Source: a virus
Taxonomy: Duplodnaviria > Caudoviricetes
DNA: 27,907 bases
IMG/VR virus record: IMGVR_UViG_3300020045_001898
Location: 1 to 27,907 of that record
Direction: 5' to 3' (one strand)
Below, in pieces: positions 7,011 through 15,466 of this stretch; positions within the stretch are counted from its first letter, which is position 1; every line of letters begins with the position of its first letter. The translations under genes and the position numbers were made by a program. Below the pieces are notes generated by a model. The model did not search any database. It saw only the letters and a list, made by a program, of their open reading frames with translations, and was not told the DNA's origin.

Positions 7011-7688
7011 TTATACGTTTACTATATTTATGGTTAATGTATCGTGTGATTCTAAATAACGAGCCGTTCCGTTTCTTGTTATAGTTCCGTTATGGAATCT
7101 AGCAATATATTCCAGGTCTTCGTCGAACGTTGGTGCTTCGTATGTTATATTAAGAGTGTCATTCAGTGCGTCTAATATGTCCGAAATCGCAATAGTGTAA
7201 GCGATACCTTCAAGATAAGAACGTGCAGGTTTGTAGGACAGGATTAATTTAGCTAAATAAGTCTGCGAAGTTCCTTCTACACCTACCGTGTCGCCTAGTT
7301 CCGAAGAAATAGAAAAACGCGCCCAGTCTGTATCTGGATCGCCAGTGTCGATTCCTTCTACTAGTGTAGCGTCCGTGTATCCGACTAATAACATAGCCTG
7401 TTTTATGGCCCACACAGTCCCGGAATATCGTTTTAATTCGATAGCCTGTTTTATGATTCCGCGACGCTGTTCGTCTGTGGTTGCAAGTTTATAACCTGCG
7501 AATCCTTCGATATCGAACTGGTGCGCTAGATATGGAAGCGCAGAAGGCGAAACAGTATCGACAATATAAACCAGAAGGTTTTCTATTTCGACAGCGTTAA
7601 AACGATCTGCAGCCACGGCGTCAAAGGCGGCCAAATGTGGAACGCCTGCGATAGAATCCGGAAGTATATTTTCGTTTGTCTGGCTCAT
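7011..7688 (-). CDS. Baseplate/tail protein I (P2 gpI-like)
   Basis: LPYLAHQF, RR.IIK.AIEL.RY.GT.WAIK, YKPARS.L. Confidence 0.88.
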   Translation of the reverse strand: MSQTNENILPDSIAGVPHLAAFDAVAADRFNAVEIENLLVYIVDTVSPSALPYLAHQFDIEGFAGYKLATTDEQRRGIIKQAIELKRYSGTVWAIKQAMLLVGYTDATLVEGIDTGDPDTDWARFSISSELGDTVGVEGTSQTYLAKLILSYKPARSYLEGIAYTIAISDILDALNDTLNITYEAPTFDEDLEYIARFHNGTITRNGTARYLESHDTLTINIVNV

Positions 7689-7870
7689 TATTTATATATT
7701 TCTGGGTGTATTCGTTTTAATAAACGAAGACCTACCAAATCCTGAAGAACATGTGTAGCTTGCATAAATTCGCCGGGACGTTTTTCGCCTGGAAGTTCCA
7801 TATATAAATTATATGCTTCCTTTAATTTGTTTAAAATTTCGATTTCTTCTGGCGTTAATTTTTCTTCCAT
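7688..7870 (-). CDS. Small hypothetical protein (60 aa) between gpJ and gpI
   Basis: Tightly coupled (3-nt gap upstream, TAATG overlap downstream); helical, non-structural-looking sequence. Confidence 0.7.
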   Translation of the reverse strand: MEEKLTPEEIEILNKLKEAYNLYMELPGEKRPGEFMQATHVLQDLVGLRLLKRIHPEIYK

Positions 7871-7873
7871 AAT

Positions 7874-8998
7874 TTATCCTGGATTTGTACCTACTACGTT
7901 AACGGTTATACTAGAAATGTCCGCGAACTGCGTTTCGGTTACTACTAAATTAGCTGCGGGCGTAGGGATTGCTGCGTCGTAAACACCTGCAACCATAGAC
8001 AGCGATCTGATCTGATTAACGACCACGTCCTGTCCTAATAATTTTCTTCGGCCGTCGCGATACGCTTCTAGTGCAGCTTCTACAATTGGAACGACGTCTT
8101 CCTGTGTGGCCGATTCGTACAGCGTAAGATTAACGACTATCGAAGTAGCTACTGCAGTAGGCGAAAGTACTTCTACTGTATCGCTTAACGGTCTAATTTT
8201 GTCGGCATTCAAAACAGCAGAAACTGCGTCCAGAATTTCGGAAGGCGTTACCGATAGTCCTTCGACTAAAGGATAAACACGAACCGTTCCCGGTATTTCT
8301 GGCTGTTCTGGAACTGCTACGTCGATAATTAATGGCGACGCAGAAGCTGCGAAAAATTTATATGCTTTTACTGGTCCGGCATTAGAAAATCTATTCGGTG
8401 CCAGACGGATTCGTTCGCGAAGTTGATCGTCGGTTTCTTCGTCCGATCCACCTTCAGAAACTGAAGTATTTTCGGCAGTCGATAAATACGGCTGCGGATC
8501 TAGAATAACAGAAACAGTTCCCAGGGCGTAGTCGTTTCCTAATTTACCGGACTGCTGCGCGATTGCAATAACAGAAGCTGTATTATCTGCAGTCAAAACT
8601 GAAACGTCCTGGATAAGTTCAAAAGTAACGCGTCCGTCAGTTGTCTGCACGCGTAAACCTGAAGGGATAACGATATCGCCGTGGCCTTCAACAAGTGTAA
8701 GCAGAAGTGTAGTTCTGGCAGACTGCGAAGGAAGTCTGGAAACGCCTAGAAAGTCGCCCAGATAGTCGATAATTGGAAAACGGGCGAACGCTAACAGATT
8801 CTGCTTTGCTGCGTCCTGGATCTGATTTCGGACTAATAGTTCGCGATAAGGAAACGTTCCGCCGACTATTAGCGTTTCAATCTGTGCCGGTTCCAAAGTT
8901 CGTCCAGTTCGCGCTTCGTAGTCTGCGATACATTCCGCTATTATGGTGGCGGGATCTCTGTTTATAAATTCCGGATCCGGAAGATTGTCTATAGCCAT
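7874..8998 (-). CDS. Baseplate J / gp47-family wedge protein
   Basis: QNLLAFA, GGSDEETDDQLRERI, SNAGP..AY...A, PGTVRVY, IRPLSD.V.V. Confidence 0.93.
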   Translation of the reverse strand: MAIDNLPDPEFINRDPATIIAECIADYEARTGRTLEPAQIETLIVGGTFPYRELLVRNQIQDAAKQNLLAFARFPIIDYLGDFLGVSRLPSQSARTTLLLTLVEGHGDIVIPSGLRVQTTDGRVTFELIQDVSVLTADNTASVIAIAQQSGKLGNDYALGTVSVILDPQPYLSTAENTSVSEGGSDEETDDQLRERIRLAPNRFSNAGPVKAYKFFAASASPLIIDVAVPEQPEIPGTVRVYPLVEGLSVTPSEILDAVSAVLNADKIRPLSDTVEVLSPTAVATSIVVNLTLYESATQEDVVPIVEAALEAYRDGRRKLLGQDVVVNQIRSLSMVAGVYDAAIPTPAANLVVTETQFADISSITVNVVGTNPG

Positions 8999-9026
8999 TA
9001 TTTAGTATTTTTTTATTTGCTTTTTA

Positions 9027-9034
9027 CAAATGTA
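9027..9034 (-). promoter_or_regulatory. Internal promoter -7 box (TACATTTG) upstream of baseplate J
   Basis: Exact TAnnTTTG in the intergenic gap. Confidence 0.55.
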
Positions 9035-9055
9035 TGTATTTTTAATTTCACTATT

Positions 9056-9511
9056 TTAAAAGCAGGAATTATTTTCGTTCATTGCTTTAGCTATCTTTTC
9101 GATTTTATTACCTAAAAATTTAATAACGCCTTCAATTAACATAGTGATAAAATCCTTTGCCTTACTTTCTTTGAAGGTCATTATCGATTTGAAGCAGTGA
9201 AAAACCGATATCGATTCGGTTATCATTAAGACCTGGATTATTTTAGTCGTTATTTCGGTCATGTCTTTATAACCTAATCCCTTCGCTAAAGTTGCTACAA
9301 ATAAAACCAACGCTAGTAAAGTAAGTTTTCTTAACAATCCGAAAAAAAACATTTTAGTAGAAAAACTTAATTCCGGAACGACTACCGATTTAACGGCCCC
9401 GAAAAACATATCGAAACCCATAATAACAAAAAACCAAAAAAGTACTTTTTCGTTTATTTCTAAAACTGCTATTAGTGCATATAATACTGCTGTGATTTGG
9501 TTTTTATCCAT
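9056..9511 (-). CDS. Phage holin (Phage_holin_4_1-like)
   Basis: Several TM segments; D.F.G..KS......ST.....GL.RK, E.ISV. Confidence 0.75.
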   Translation of the reverse strand: MDKNQITAVLYALIAVLEINEKVLFWFFVIMGFDMFFGAVKSVVVPELSFSTKMFFFGLLRKLTLLALVLFVATLAKGLGYKDMTEITTKIIQVLMITESISVFHCFKSIMTFKESKAKDFITMLIEGVIKFLGNKIEKIAKAMNENNSCF

Positions 9512-9921
9512 TATTTTAATTTGTTGAAAAGTGACATTACAAATATTAAAGCCGAAATTCCCAACAATCCGCAGGAAATTATAGTCGTGTATTCGCTATC
9601 GGTAAAGTTAAAAACTATTGCTAAAAATCCAAATAAAAAATAAAAAGATAAAAACAAAGTAGCTAATATTTTTCTAAAACAGAACCTTAATTTTTCATTC
9701 CACAAGTACAAAGAAAATAAAATTAAAAACATTTCTAACTGTGAAATCATTGGATAAATTTTACAGGCGTAGTTTTTTTCGTATCTTAAAAAATACGAAA
9801 TAATTTCACCGATAAATATTAAGAAAATTGAGTAAATAAGAATAGCTTTTTTACTTTCTTTTACAAATGTGGCTGCCTGATTAATCCGGCATTTTAAACC
9901 ACAGGGCGGAACTCCTGGCAT
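9511..9921 (-). CDS. Membrane protein (~4 TM), unknown function
   Basis: Four hydrophobic stretches; coupled to the holin by TAATG. Confidence 0.7.
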   Translation of the reverse strand: MPGVPPCGLKCRINQAATFVKESKKAILIYSIFLIFIGEIISYFLRYEKNYACKIYPMISQLEMFLILFSLYLWNEKLRFCFRKILATLFLSFYFLFGFLAIVFNFTDSEYTTIISCGLLGISALIFVMSLFNKLK

Positions 9922-9925
9922 AATT

Positions 9926-10153
9926 TTAATTTTTATTTATTAATTGATCATTTATAATTTGGTCTTTTTTTGCGGAACCAGACGAATTTCCGAAATAGTA
10001 ATTCATTGGGATTTGTTGAGAAGCTACAATAGCGATTATAATTTGCGGATCTGGTTTATGATTTGAAAACAAACACACAAAAAAATAAGTGAATGAACAA
10101 ATCACAACTATTAGTGCTAAAATCGGTTTTATTAGTTCTTTTGCGTTTTCCAT
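9926..10153 (-). CDS. Small holin-like membrane protein
   Basis: Two hydrophobic segments followed by YYFGNSSGSAKKD, a motif typical of small phage holins. Confidence 0.7.
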   Translation of the reverse strand: MENAKELIKPILALIVVICSFTYFFVCLFSNHKPDPQIIIAIVASQQIPMNYYFGNSSGSAKKDQIINDQLINKN

Positions 10154-10219
10154 TTTTTACGTTGCTTAAAGTTAACTATTAGTTTATCTTTCTAATTCTG
10201 CTGTCATATTTATTTGTTT

Positions 10220-10981
10220 TTAAAATGTGTTATAAAATTTTCCTGCTCCTGCGTTGTATAATTGTGTTACTTCTATTGAAGTCAATTCTTTATTTTTCCA
10301 AATTGCTATTTCGTCTATTTTACCTTTATGTTTTAAAGAATCACTTGGCGACCAACCATTAATACCAGCAAAAACACTAAAATTTCCATTATTCATTCGT
10401 GTATAAGTACCGCCACTATTACTATTAGACGCTACATTTAAAGCTCCATCAATATAAATTTTACCGCTACCAACCGAACCGCTTCCGTCGTCTGTATAAA
10501 CTACGTGATACCAAGTACCAGTTGAAAAAAGACCCGTGTTTGTTATTATATTTTGAGAAATAGCGTTGTTATTATATTGCAACTTTGAAAAATAAATAGC
10601 TCCTGACAAATACATTAATTGCCATTCGTCTCCTCCAGTTGTTGCACTTCTTTTGTTTAAAAACCAATTACCAGTTGCAGAAAAAGCGGAAAAATTAACC
10701 CACATAGACATTGAAAAAGGTACATCTGTTGTTCCGTTTGTAAAACTGAAATCATTACTATCGGCTATTGTAAAATAATTCAAAGAAGTATTATTTGCAA
10801 AGTCAATGCAATTACTATTTTTACCACTTGGAAACGTTGGAGAGCCAAATACCGTTCCATTGTGTGTTCCTGTGTGAATATCTGTTGCGTTACTTGCATC
10901 AAATGAATAGTAAGCAACTAAACCAGTTAAAAAGCTAGTACTTGGTAAATTAGTTTGTTTAAATATAAATTTACGTCCCAT
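10220..10981 (-). CDS. LamG/concanavalin-A-like jellyroll protein (putative receptor-binding)
   Basis: GLVAYYSFD, FSMSMWV, WYHVVYT, KIYIDG, GKIDEIAIW..ELT..EV..LYN.G. Confidence 0.88.
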   Translation of the reverse strand: MGRKFIFKQTNLPSTSFLTGLVAYYSFDASNATDIHTGTHNGTVFGSPTFPSGKNSNCIDFANNTSLNYFTIADSNDFSFTNGTTDVPFSMSMWVNFSAFSATGNWFLNKRSATTGGDEWQLMYLSGAIYFSKLQYNNNAISQNIITNTGLFSTGTWYHVVYTDDGSGSVGSGKIYIDGALNVASNSNSGGTYTRMNNGNFSVFAGINGWSPSDSLKHKGKIDEIAIWKNKELTSIEVTQLYNAGAGKFYNTF

Positions 10982-12027
10982 TATATCCGTGTAGTTTTTA
11001 AAGTTGCCTGCAAATTATTTAAAGTAGTGGGCGAAGTTACTACCAAAGTAATTTTGTCGCCTATAGCTACCGTGTTAGCTGCTGTGGCTGTACCTGTTGC
11101 TATAGTAGTGCTAACACTTACTGCAGAAATTCCGGTTACATTTGTTCCGTTTATTTTGACAGCTACAGTGCAGGTTCCTAGATCACTAATAACCTTTAAT
11201 TCGTTAATGGTATATGCGTAATTTGCGTATAATTCTAAAACATAAGTTTGTGCAACTATCGAAGTATTACTGTCCTGAAAGGAAATGCTTTCAGTAAATG
11301 TTTTTGAAGCGTAAAAAGTATCTGCTTTTGACTTAATATAACTCCAAACATTTAACCAGGTTATTTTTTTAGATTTATTACTGTCTGCGCTATCGACTAT
11401 ATCTGTTAAATCTGCATCTACTAAAGTAGTTTTCGCTGTTAATCCATTTATAAGCGCACCCAGGACAGTTTCTGTTAATGCGGCCTGTTTTGCATTTAAC
11501 GCAGATTGCAAGTCGGTTTGTGCGGATAAAGTTCCAGTAATAGAACCCCAAACAGCAGCAACACCACCACCAGAACCAACGCTTCCAACTACAACCCAGT
11601 TTGCACCGTCGTAAACTAGCCACATAGAACCAGTTAAATCACCTGCAGCTACTGGCGTATCGTAATTTTTTAAAATAGGATCGTCAGATAAACCGTTTAA
11701 ATTCATTCTAGCGACACCAGTATTCGGATTTTTAAAGGTTGCTAAAAAATAGTATCCAGTTTCTAAAGAAGTCAATCCTTCTACGGTCGCCGTATATTCG
11801 TCTGTTCCTTCTGCGATAACGCCTAAACTTCTAAACGTAAAAGTATTACTAAACGGATCGTAAAAAATAGGCGCGCGCGCTGTAGGCGAAGAACTTCCGC
11901 CGGTATTAATTGAAGTAGCTATAGCGATTAAAACTTCCCGCATTTTTGCGGGATTTATAGCTAGTATATTATTGTCGATTATATAAGTATTTATTATCGA
12001 AACTAATTCTTCCTGTGTATATGCCAT
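10981..12027 (-). CDS. Tail fibre-like protein
   Basis: Mosaic of fibre modules: NTG...NLNGL...I.K......AGD, WGSITGTLSAQTDLQSALNAK, KKITW, and a C-terminal beta domain. Confidence 0.75.
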   Translation of the reverse strand: MAYTQEELVSIINTYIIDNNILAINPAKMREVLIAIATSINTGGSSSPTARAPIFYDPFSNTFTFRSLGVIAEGTDEYTATVEGLTSLETGYYFLATFKNPNTGVARMNLNGLSDDPILKNYDTPVAAGDLTGSMWLVYDGANWVVVGSVGSGGGVAAVWGSITGTLSAQTDLQSALNAKQAALTETVLGALINGLTAKTTLVDADLTDIVDSADSNKSKKITWLNVWSYIKSKADTFYASKTFTESISFQDSNTSIVAQTYVLELYANYAYTINELKVISDLGTCTVAVKINGTNVTGISAVSVSTTIATGTATAANTVAIGDKITLVVTSPTTLNNLQATLKTTRI

Positions 12028-12036
12028 GACTATAAA

Positions 12037-12477
12037 TTAATTAAATCCAAAATCGAAACCGTTACTAAAATTCCTTCCGATAGGTGGAACTTCCACTTCT
12101 ATTTCTGCCTGCCTGTCTATGTAAAAAAGTATTTCCGTCACTTCTGACGATTCCAACAAAGTAAAAGTAAGCGAAAAATCAATTCGGGAACCTGAAATTC
12201 TGTGCGTAAGGTTTTTTATTAAAATACGCTGTTCCCATTTGCCTATCGAATCAAGTATTTCAGCCGCTATATTAGCTACAGCAGTCGAAACAGGTCTGTC
12301 TATGAATTGCCAGATATCAGATCCGAATAACGGATTTAACGGAACGCTGCCTTTCGTAGTTGTTAATATGATACCCACGCACTGGCGTATGTCTTCGATT
12401 CCGGAAACTACCTGTCCGATTGTAGTCCTGGATAACTGCCAGTTTGTAGCGCGAATGTCCTGTAATTTTGTAGCCAT
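12037..12477 (-). CDS. Baseplate wedge gp25/GPW-family protein with C-terminal extension
   Basis: DIRQC...IL.T.KGS.P..P.FGS.....ID.P, I..WE.RI. Confidence 0.9.
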   Translation of the reverse strand: MATKLQDIRATNWQLSRTTIGQVVSGIEDIRQCVGIILTTTKGSVPLNPLFGSDIWQFIDRPVSTAVANIAAEILDSIGKWEQRILIKNLTHRISGSRIDFSLTFTLLESSEVTEILFYIDRQAEIEVEVPPIGRNFSNGFDFGFN

Positions 12478-12480
12478 TTT

Positions 12481-13206
12481 TTAAGGTGTTGCAGGTCCAG
12501 AAGTTCCGCCGCCAGTTTGTACGCCTGTATGTTTGTGCGCGGCCAGATCTATAGTTCCGTTTGTTATCGTTGCTCCTTTAAGTTCGCCTGTAGCTTCTAA
12601 ATTTCCGCCAGACATAGAAACACCTGGTCCAGATATCGAAGGCGCAGATATCGAAGCAGCAGCTACTGCGCCAGATACCGTCATAGATCCAGAAACAGTA
12701 ACAACGCCTTCAATATTTACTATCGGCGAAGTAATTTCCAATTCGTTAGAATCGACACTTACTGCTATCGCTGTAACTGCTACTGTGTCCGCATCGACAG
12801 AAACCTGCTGCGCTTCTACGCTTACAGTTTCGGCTTCGACATGGGTTTCGCCAGTGGAAATAATGTTTACTTTGCCCTGTACGTTTATATTATATTCGGA
12901 CGTGTTTTTATTATATTCGATAAACGAATCGTCCGAAAATTTCATTCTGTAAATTCCTGCACCGCTGCCAGATCCTGGATTCGTTTTGTCATTGAATAAC
13001 GCGCCCAGGATAACACCTTCGACAGAATTTTCGTCCATTAAAACCGCTACCTGTTCGTTAATATTGAAAGTAAAAGTGTCTTTATCCTGGATCGCAGCAC
13101 GGACCAGAACCTGTAAAGGTGCCGACACGATACCGTCGTCCAAAAAAGTTACACGGGCGTAACCGGTAACTGGATCTACTTCTGTTATATTTCCAAATCT
13201 TAACAT
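12481..13206 (-). CDS. Baseplate spike, gpV-like
   Basis: N-terminal OB fold, beta-helix repeats, C-terminal HKH metal-binding tip (AHKHTGV). Confidence 0.9.
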   Translation of the reverse strand: MLRFGNITEVDPVTGYARVTFLDDGIVSAPLQVLVRAAIQDKDTFTFNINEQVAVLMDENSVEGVILGALFNDKTNPGSGSGAGIYRMKFSDDSFIEYNKNTSEYNINVQGKVNIISTGETHVEAETVSVEAQQVSVDADTVAVTAIAVSVDSNELEITSPIVNIEGVVTVSGSMTVSGAVAAASISAPSISGPGVSMSGGNLEATGELKGATITNGTIDLAAHKHTGVQTGGGTSGPATP

Positions 13207-13210
13207 TTTT

Positions 13211-13218
13211 CAAAAGTA
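13211..13218 (-). promoter_or_regulatory. -7 box TACTTTTG, 4 nt before the gpV ATG
   Basis: Minus strand reads TACTTTTG-AAAA-ATG. Confidence 0.65.
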
Positions 13219-13229
13219 ATAAATTTTTA

Positions 13230-14363
13230 TCACCTCTTTACATAAATTCCTGTATTATCACCTGGTTTTTTGAAAACCTGACTTTCGCGAAAAACAGGAA
13301 CGTTATTCGGCTGTGGCTTTTTCTTCTTTTTAGTGGTTATCTGCGTAGATTTAACAGGCGTCTGCAGGCGTTTTATTTCGCATTCCACAACACGTCCGCC
13401 GCTTTTGTCTATTTTGTGGGAACTGGTTTTAATATTGTATTTTCCCGAAAGTTTTCCGATACCGTTTAACTGGAAATTATTTCCTGCCACTGCCAAATCG
13501 TAAAATTCCGAATTCGATATTTCGATAGTTCCTTCAAATTGATTTGCTGCTGACAGGTGCATTACTGCTTTTGCTTTTGCTTCTGACTGCTGTTTATTTT
13601 CAGAATAAGAATAGTCGATTTCTTCGTCGCCTGACTGCGTGTCCGGATATTTATAACCTTCTTCGGCCTGCCATTCTGCATATTCTTTGTTCGCTTCTAT
13701 TTTAGCGTTTCCTTTTGCGCTTCCGTGAACAGACTTCGAAGTTTTCGGTGCGTCGGATTTGTCTTTTAATGAATATCTAGCCAGATCTGTAACGTCCAAA
13801 ATAAAAGAAGCGTTTCTTTTTTCCAAAGTATAAACAGAAGTAAAAGTAATTACCTGGTCCCGAACAGAAAAAACGATTCCATAAATTCCGGCTATTCGTT
13901 TTAAAAATGCCAGGTCGGTTTCTTTATTTTGAGTAACGCGGCCGATAGTTATTTCCGGGATTTCACCCTGTACAGTAAGATTATTTTTTACGGCTATTTT
14001 ATCGACGATTTGTTTTAACGTTTTGTTTTCGTGTGCGTCAGATTTTTTAGTTCGAAGACTGGATTTTATACCAGTAGCCATTCCGCGAATTTTAACTACA
14101 GAAGGCGGTCCGTCTATGCCTATTTCGTCAATTTCAAAAACGCCGCAGTTAAGAAGTCCCATAGTAACCGTAAGTTTTGCGCCTTTTTCTGGATACCAAT
14201 TATTTTGCCATAAGGCGTCCACGTCGTCCACTTCGATATCTATTTCGTCAGATTCGCCGTGCGTTTTGTCTTTATAAGTGATCGACAGCATATATTTAGC
14301 TATGTCTGCCGTAATATTTTTAGTGTTATAAAACACTGTAAATCCAGTTACAGGTACTTCCAT
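13230..14363 (-). CDS. Baseplate hub, P2 gpD (late control D)-like
   Basis: SITYKD...ESDE, G.F.IDE....GPP....I...A, Q..ETDLAFL.R.A..YG, G.L.GKY.I....H. Confidence 0.92.
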   Translation of the reverse strand: MEVPVTGFTVFYNTKNITADIAKYMLSITYKDKTHGESDEIDIEVDDVDALWQNNWYPEKGAKLTVTMGLLNCGVFEIDEIGIDGPPSVVKIRGMATGIKSSLRTKKSDAHENKTLKQIVDKIAVKNNLTVQGEIPEITIGRVTQNKETDLAFLKRIAGIYGIVFSVRDQVITFTSVYTLEKRNASFILDVTDLARYSLKDKSDAPKTSKSVHGSAKGNAKIEANKEYAEWQAEEGYKYPDTQSGDEEIDYSYSENKQQSEAKAKAVMHLSAANQFEGTIEISNSEFYDLAVAGNNFQLNGIGKLSGKYNIKTSSHKIDKSGGRVVECEIKRLQTPVKSTQITTKKKKKPQPNNVPVFRESQVFKKPGDNTGIYVKR

Positions 14364-14367
14364 TTAA

Positions 14368-14586
14368 TTATCGTTTCCAAGGTGGTAAAAGTTCGCTGTC
14401 CAGTTGTATGTCCCCGTCTTCCAGTATTGGAATTACTAATCGCGTTCCTACTTCTAGGACTGGCGAAATAACTACGGATAAATTAGCTTCGATAATGCCT
14501 TCAATTAGTGAAGCGTCACCGTAGGCCTTAAAAGCGATAGTGTCCCACCTGTCGCCCTGTTTTACTACATATTCAGTAAATGCCAT
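14368..14586 (-). CDS. Tail protein X (LysM-like)
   Basis: YVVKQGDRWDTIA..AYGD....IIEAN...LPPWK. Confidence 0.92.
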   Translation of the reverse strand: MAFTEYVVKQGDRWDTIAFKAYGDASLIEGIIEANLSVVISPVLEVGTRLVIPILEDGDIQLDSELLPPWKR

Positions 14587-14587
14587 G

Positions 14588-15445
14588 TTATTTTCTTCTA
14601 ATTATTGACTGATTGCTATTATTTATATTTGCGTTTTGCGCTATAGAAATGCTGTTTCTTAACTGTTTAGTAAGTTCCTTAAATGAATTTATGTCCGAAA
14701 TCGGCAAAATTCCAGTTATATTTTGGACACTAGTATAAACGCCCTGTAAAGCCGAAGGAAGCAAAGGCGCGCCAGTGCTTAAATCCTGCGAAAAAGATAT
14801 GGCAGTCTGAACGTTTGTTATATTCTGTTCTATTTGCTTTAAAACCTGGCTAACTTTTCCGGAATAATATTCAAATGTAGCCGGATTTTTTTCTGCAGCT
14901 TCTGCGTGCTGTTCTATTTTTAATCCGGAAGTTTCCATTTTTGATATATCCGCAGTCAAAGAAGTAGCAGGCGAAGGTTTCGGCGGAATGATAGATCTTA
15001 CTTCTGAATTTCTGGATTTGGTGGCGAACGCGCTGTTTTTTGCCTGGTCGTTAGATTCTCGAAGCGGATCTTCGCTAAAAGATTCTAAAAGTTCCACCGA
15101 CAAAGAAACAGAAATTAAATTCCCAGAAGGATCTGTAAATTCTGTAGTTTTCGTAAAACTAGGAATAACAAAATTTCCCAAAACCTTACCTGTTCCAAGT
15201 ATAAGCGGAAGGATTTCGCCGTTCTGCATATAATCGCGCAAAATAGCGATATCCGCTTCCGGATCCGTGAACTGCGAATGTAGTAGCATTTCAAAAGAAA
15301 TAGTGTCTAAAACGTCGCCCACGCGTTCCAGACGTGGTTTGCTTTTGATTCGTTCATGCTGTGCGTAATTTACTGCGAAAGATTCTTCTAAAGAAGAAAA
15401 ACCTTTCGAACCTTCGAATCTTATAGTTCCTAATTGTGCGTACAT
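14588..15445 (-). CDS. Tail tube initiator, P2 gpU-like, with long C-terminal extension
   Basis: MYAQLG.I.F, YAQH..I..KPRL..VG..LD, LILG.G..LG.FVI, L.E. Confidence 0.85.
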   Translation of the reverse strand: MYAQLGTIRFEGSKGFSSLEESFAVNYAQHERIKSKPRLERVGDVLDTISFEMLLHSQFTDPEADIAILRDYMQNGEILPLILGTGKVLGNFVIPSFTKTTEFTDPSGNLISVSLSVELLESFSEDPLRESNDQAKNSAFATKSRNSEVRSIIPPKPSPATSLTADISKMETSGLKIEQHAEAAEKNPATFEYYSGKVSQVLKQIEQNITNVQTAISFSQDLSTGAPLLPSALQGVYTSVQNITGILPISDINSFKELTKQLRNSISIAQNANINNSNQSIIRRK

Positions 15446-15449
15446 ACTT

Positions 15450-15457
15450 CAAATATA
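15450..15457 (-). promoter_or_regulatory. -7 box TATATTTG, 4 nt before the gpU ATG
   Basis: Minus strand reads TATATTTG-AAGT-ATG. Confidence 0.65.
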
Positions 15458-15466
15458 TGTTATTTA

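Noticed and set aside
5941-12027. Diversity-generating retroelement or fibre shufflon
   Set aside because: I found no reverse transcriptase, invertase, TR/VR pair or repeated crossover sites by eye.
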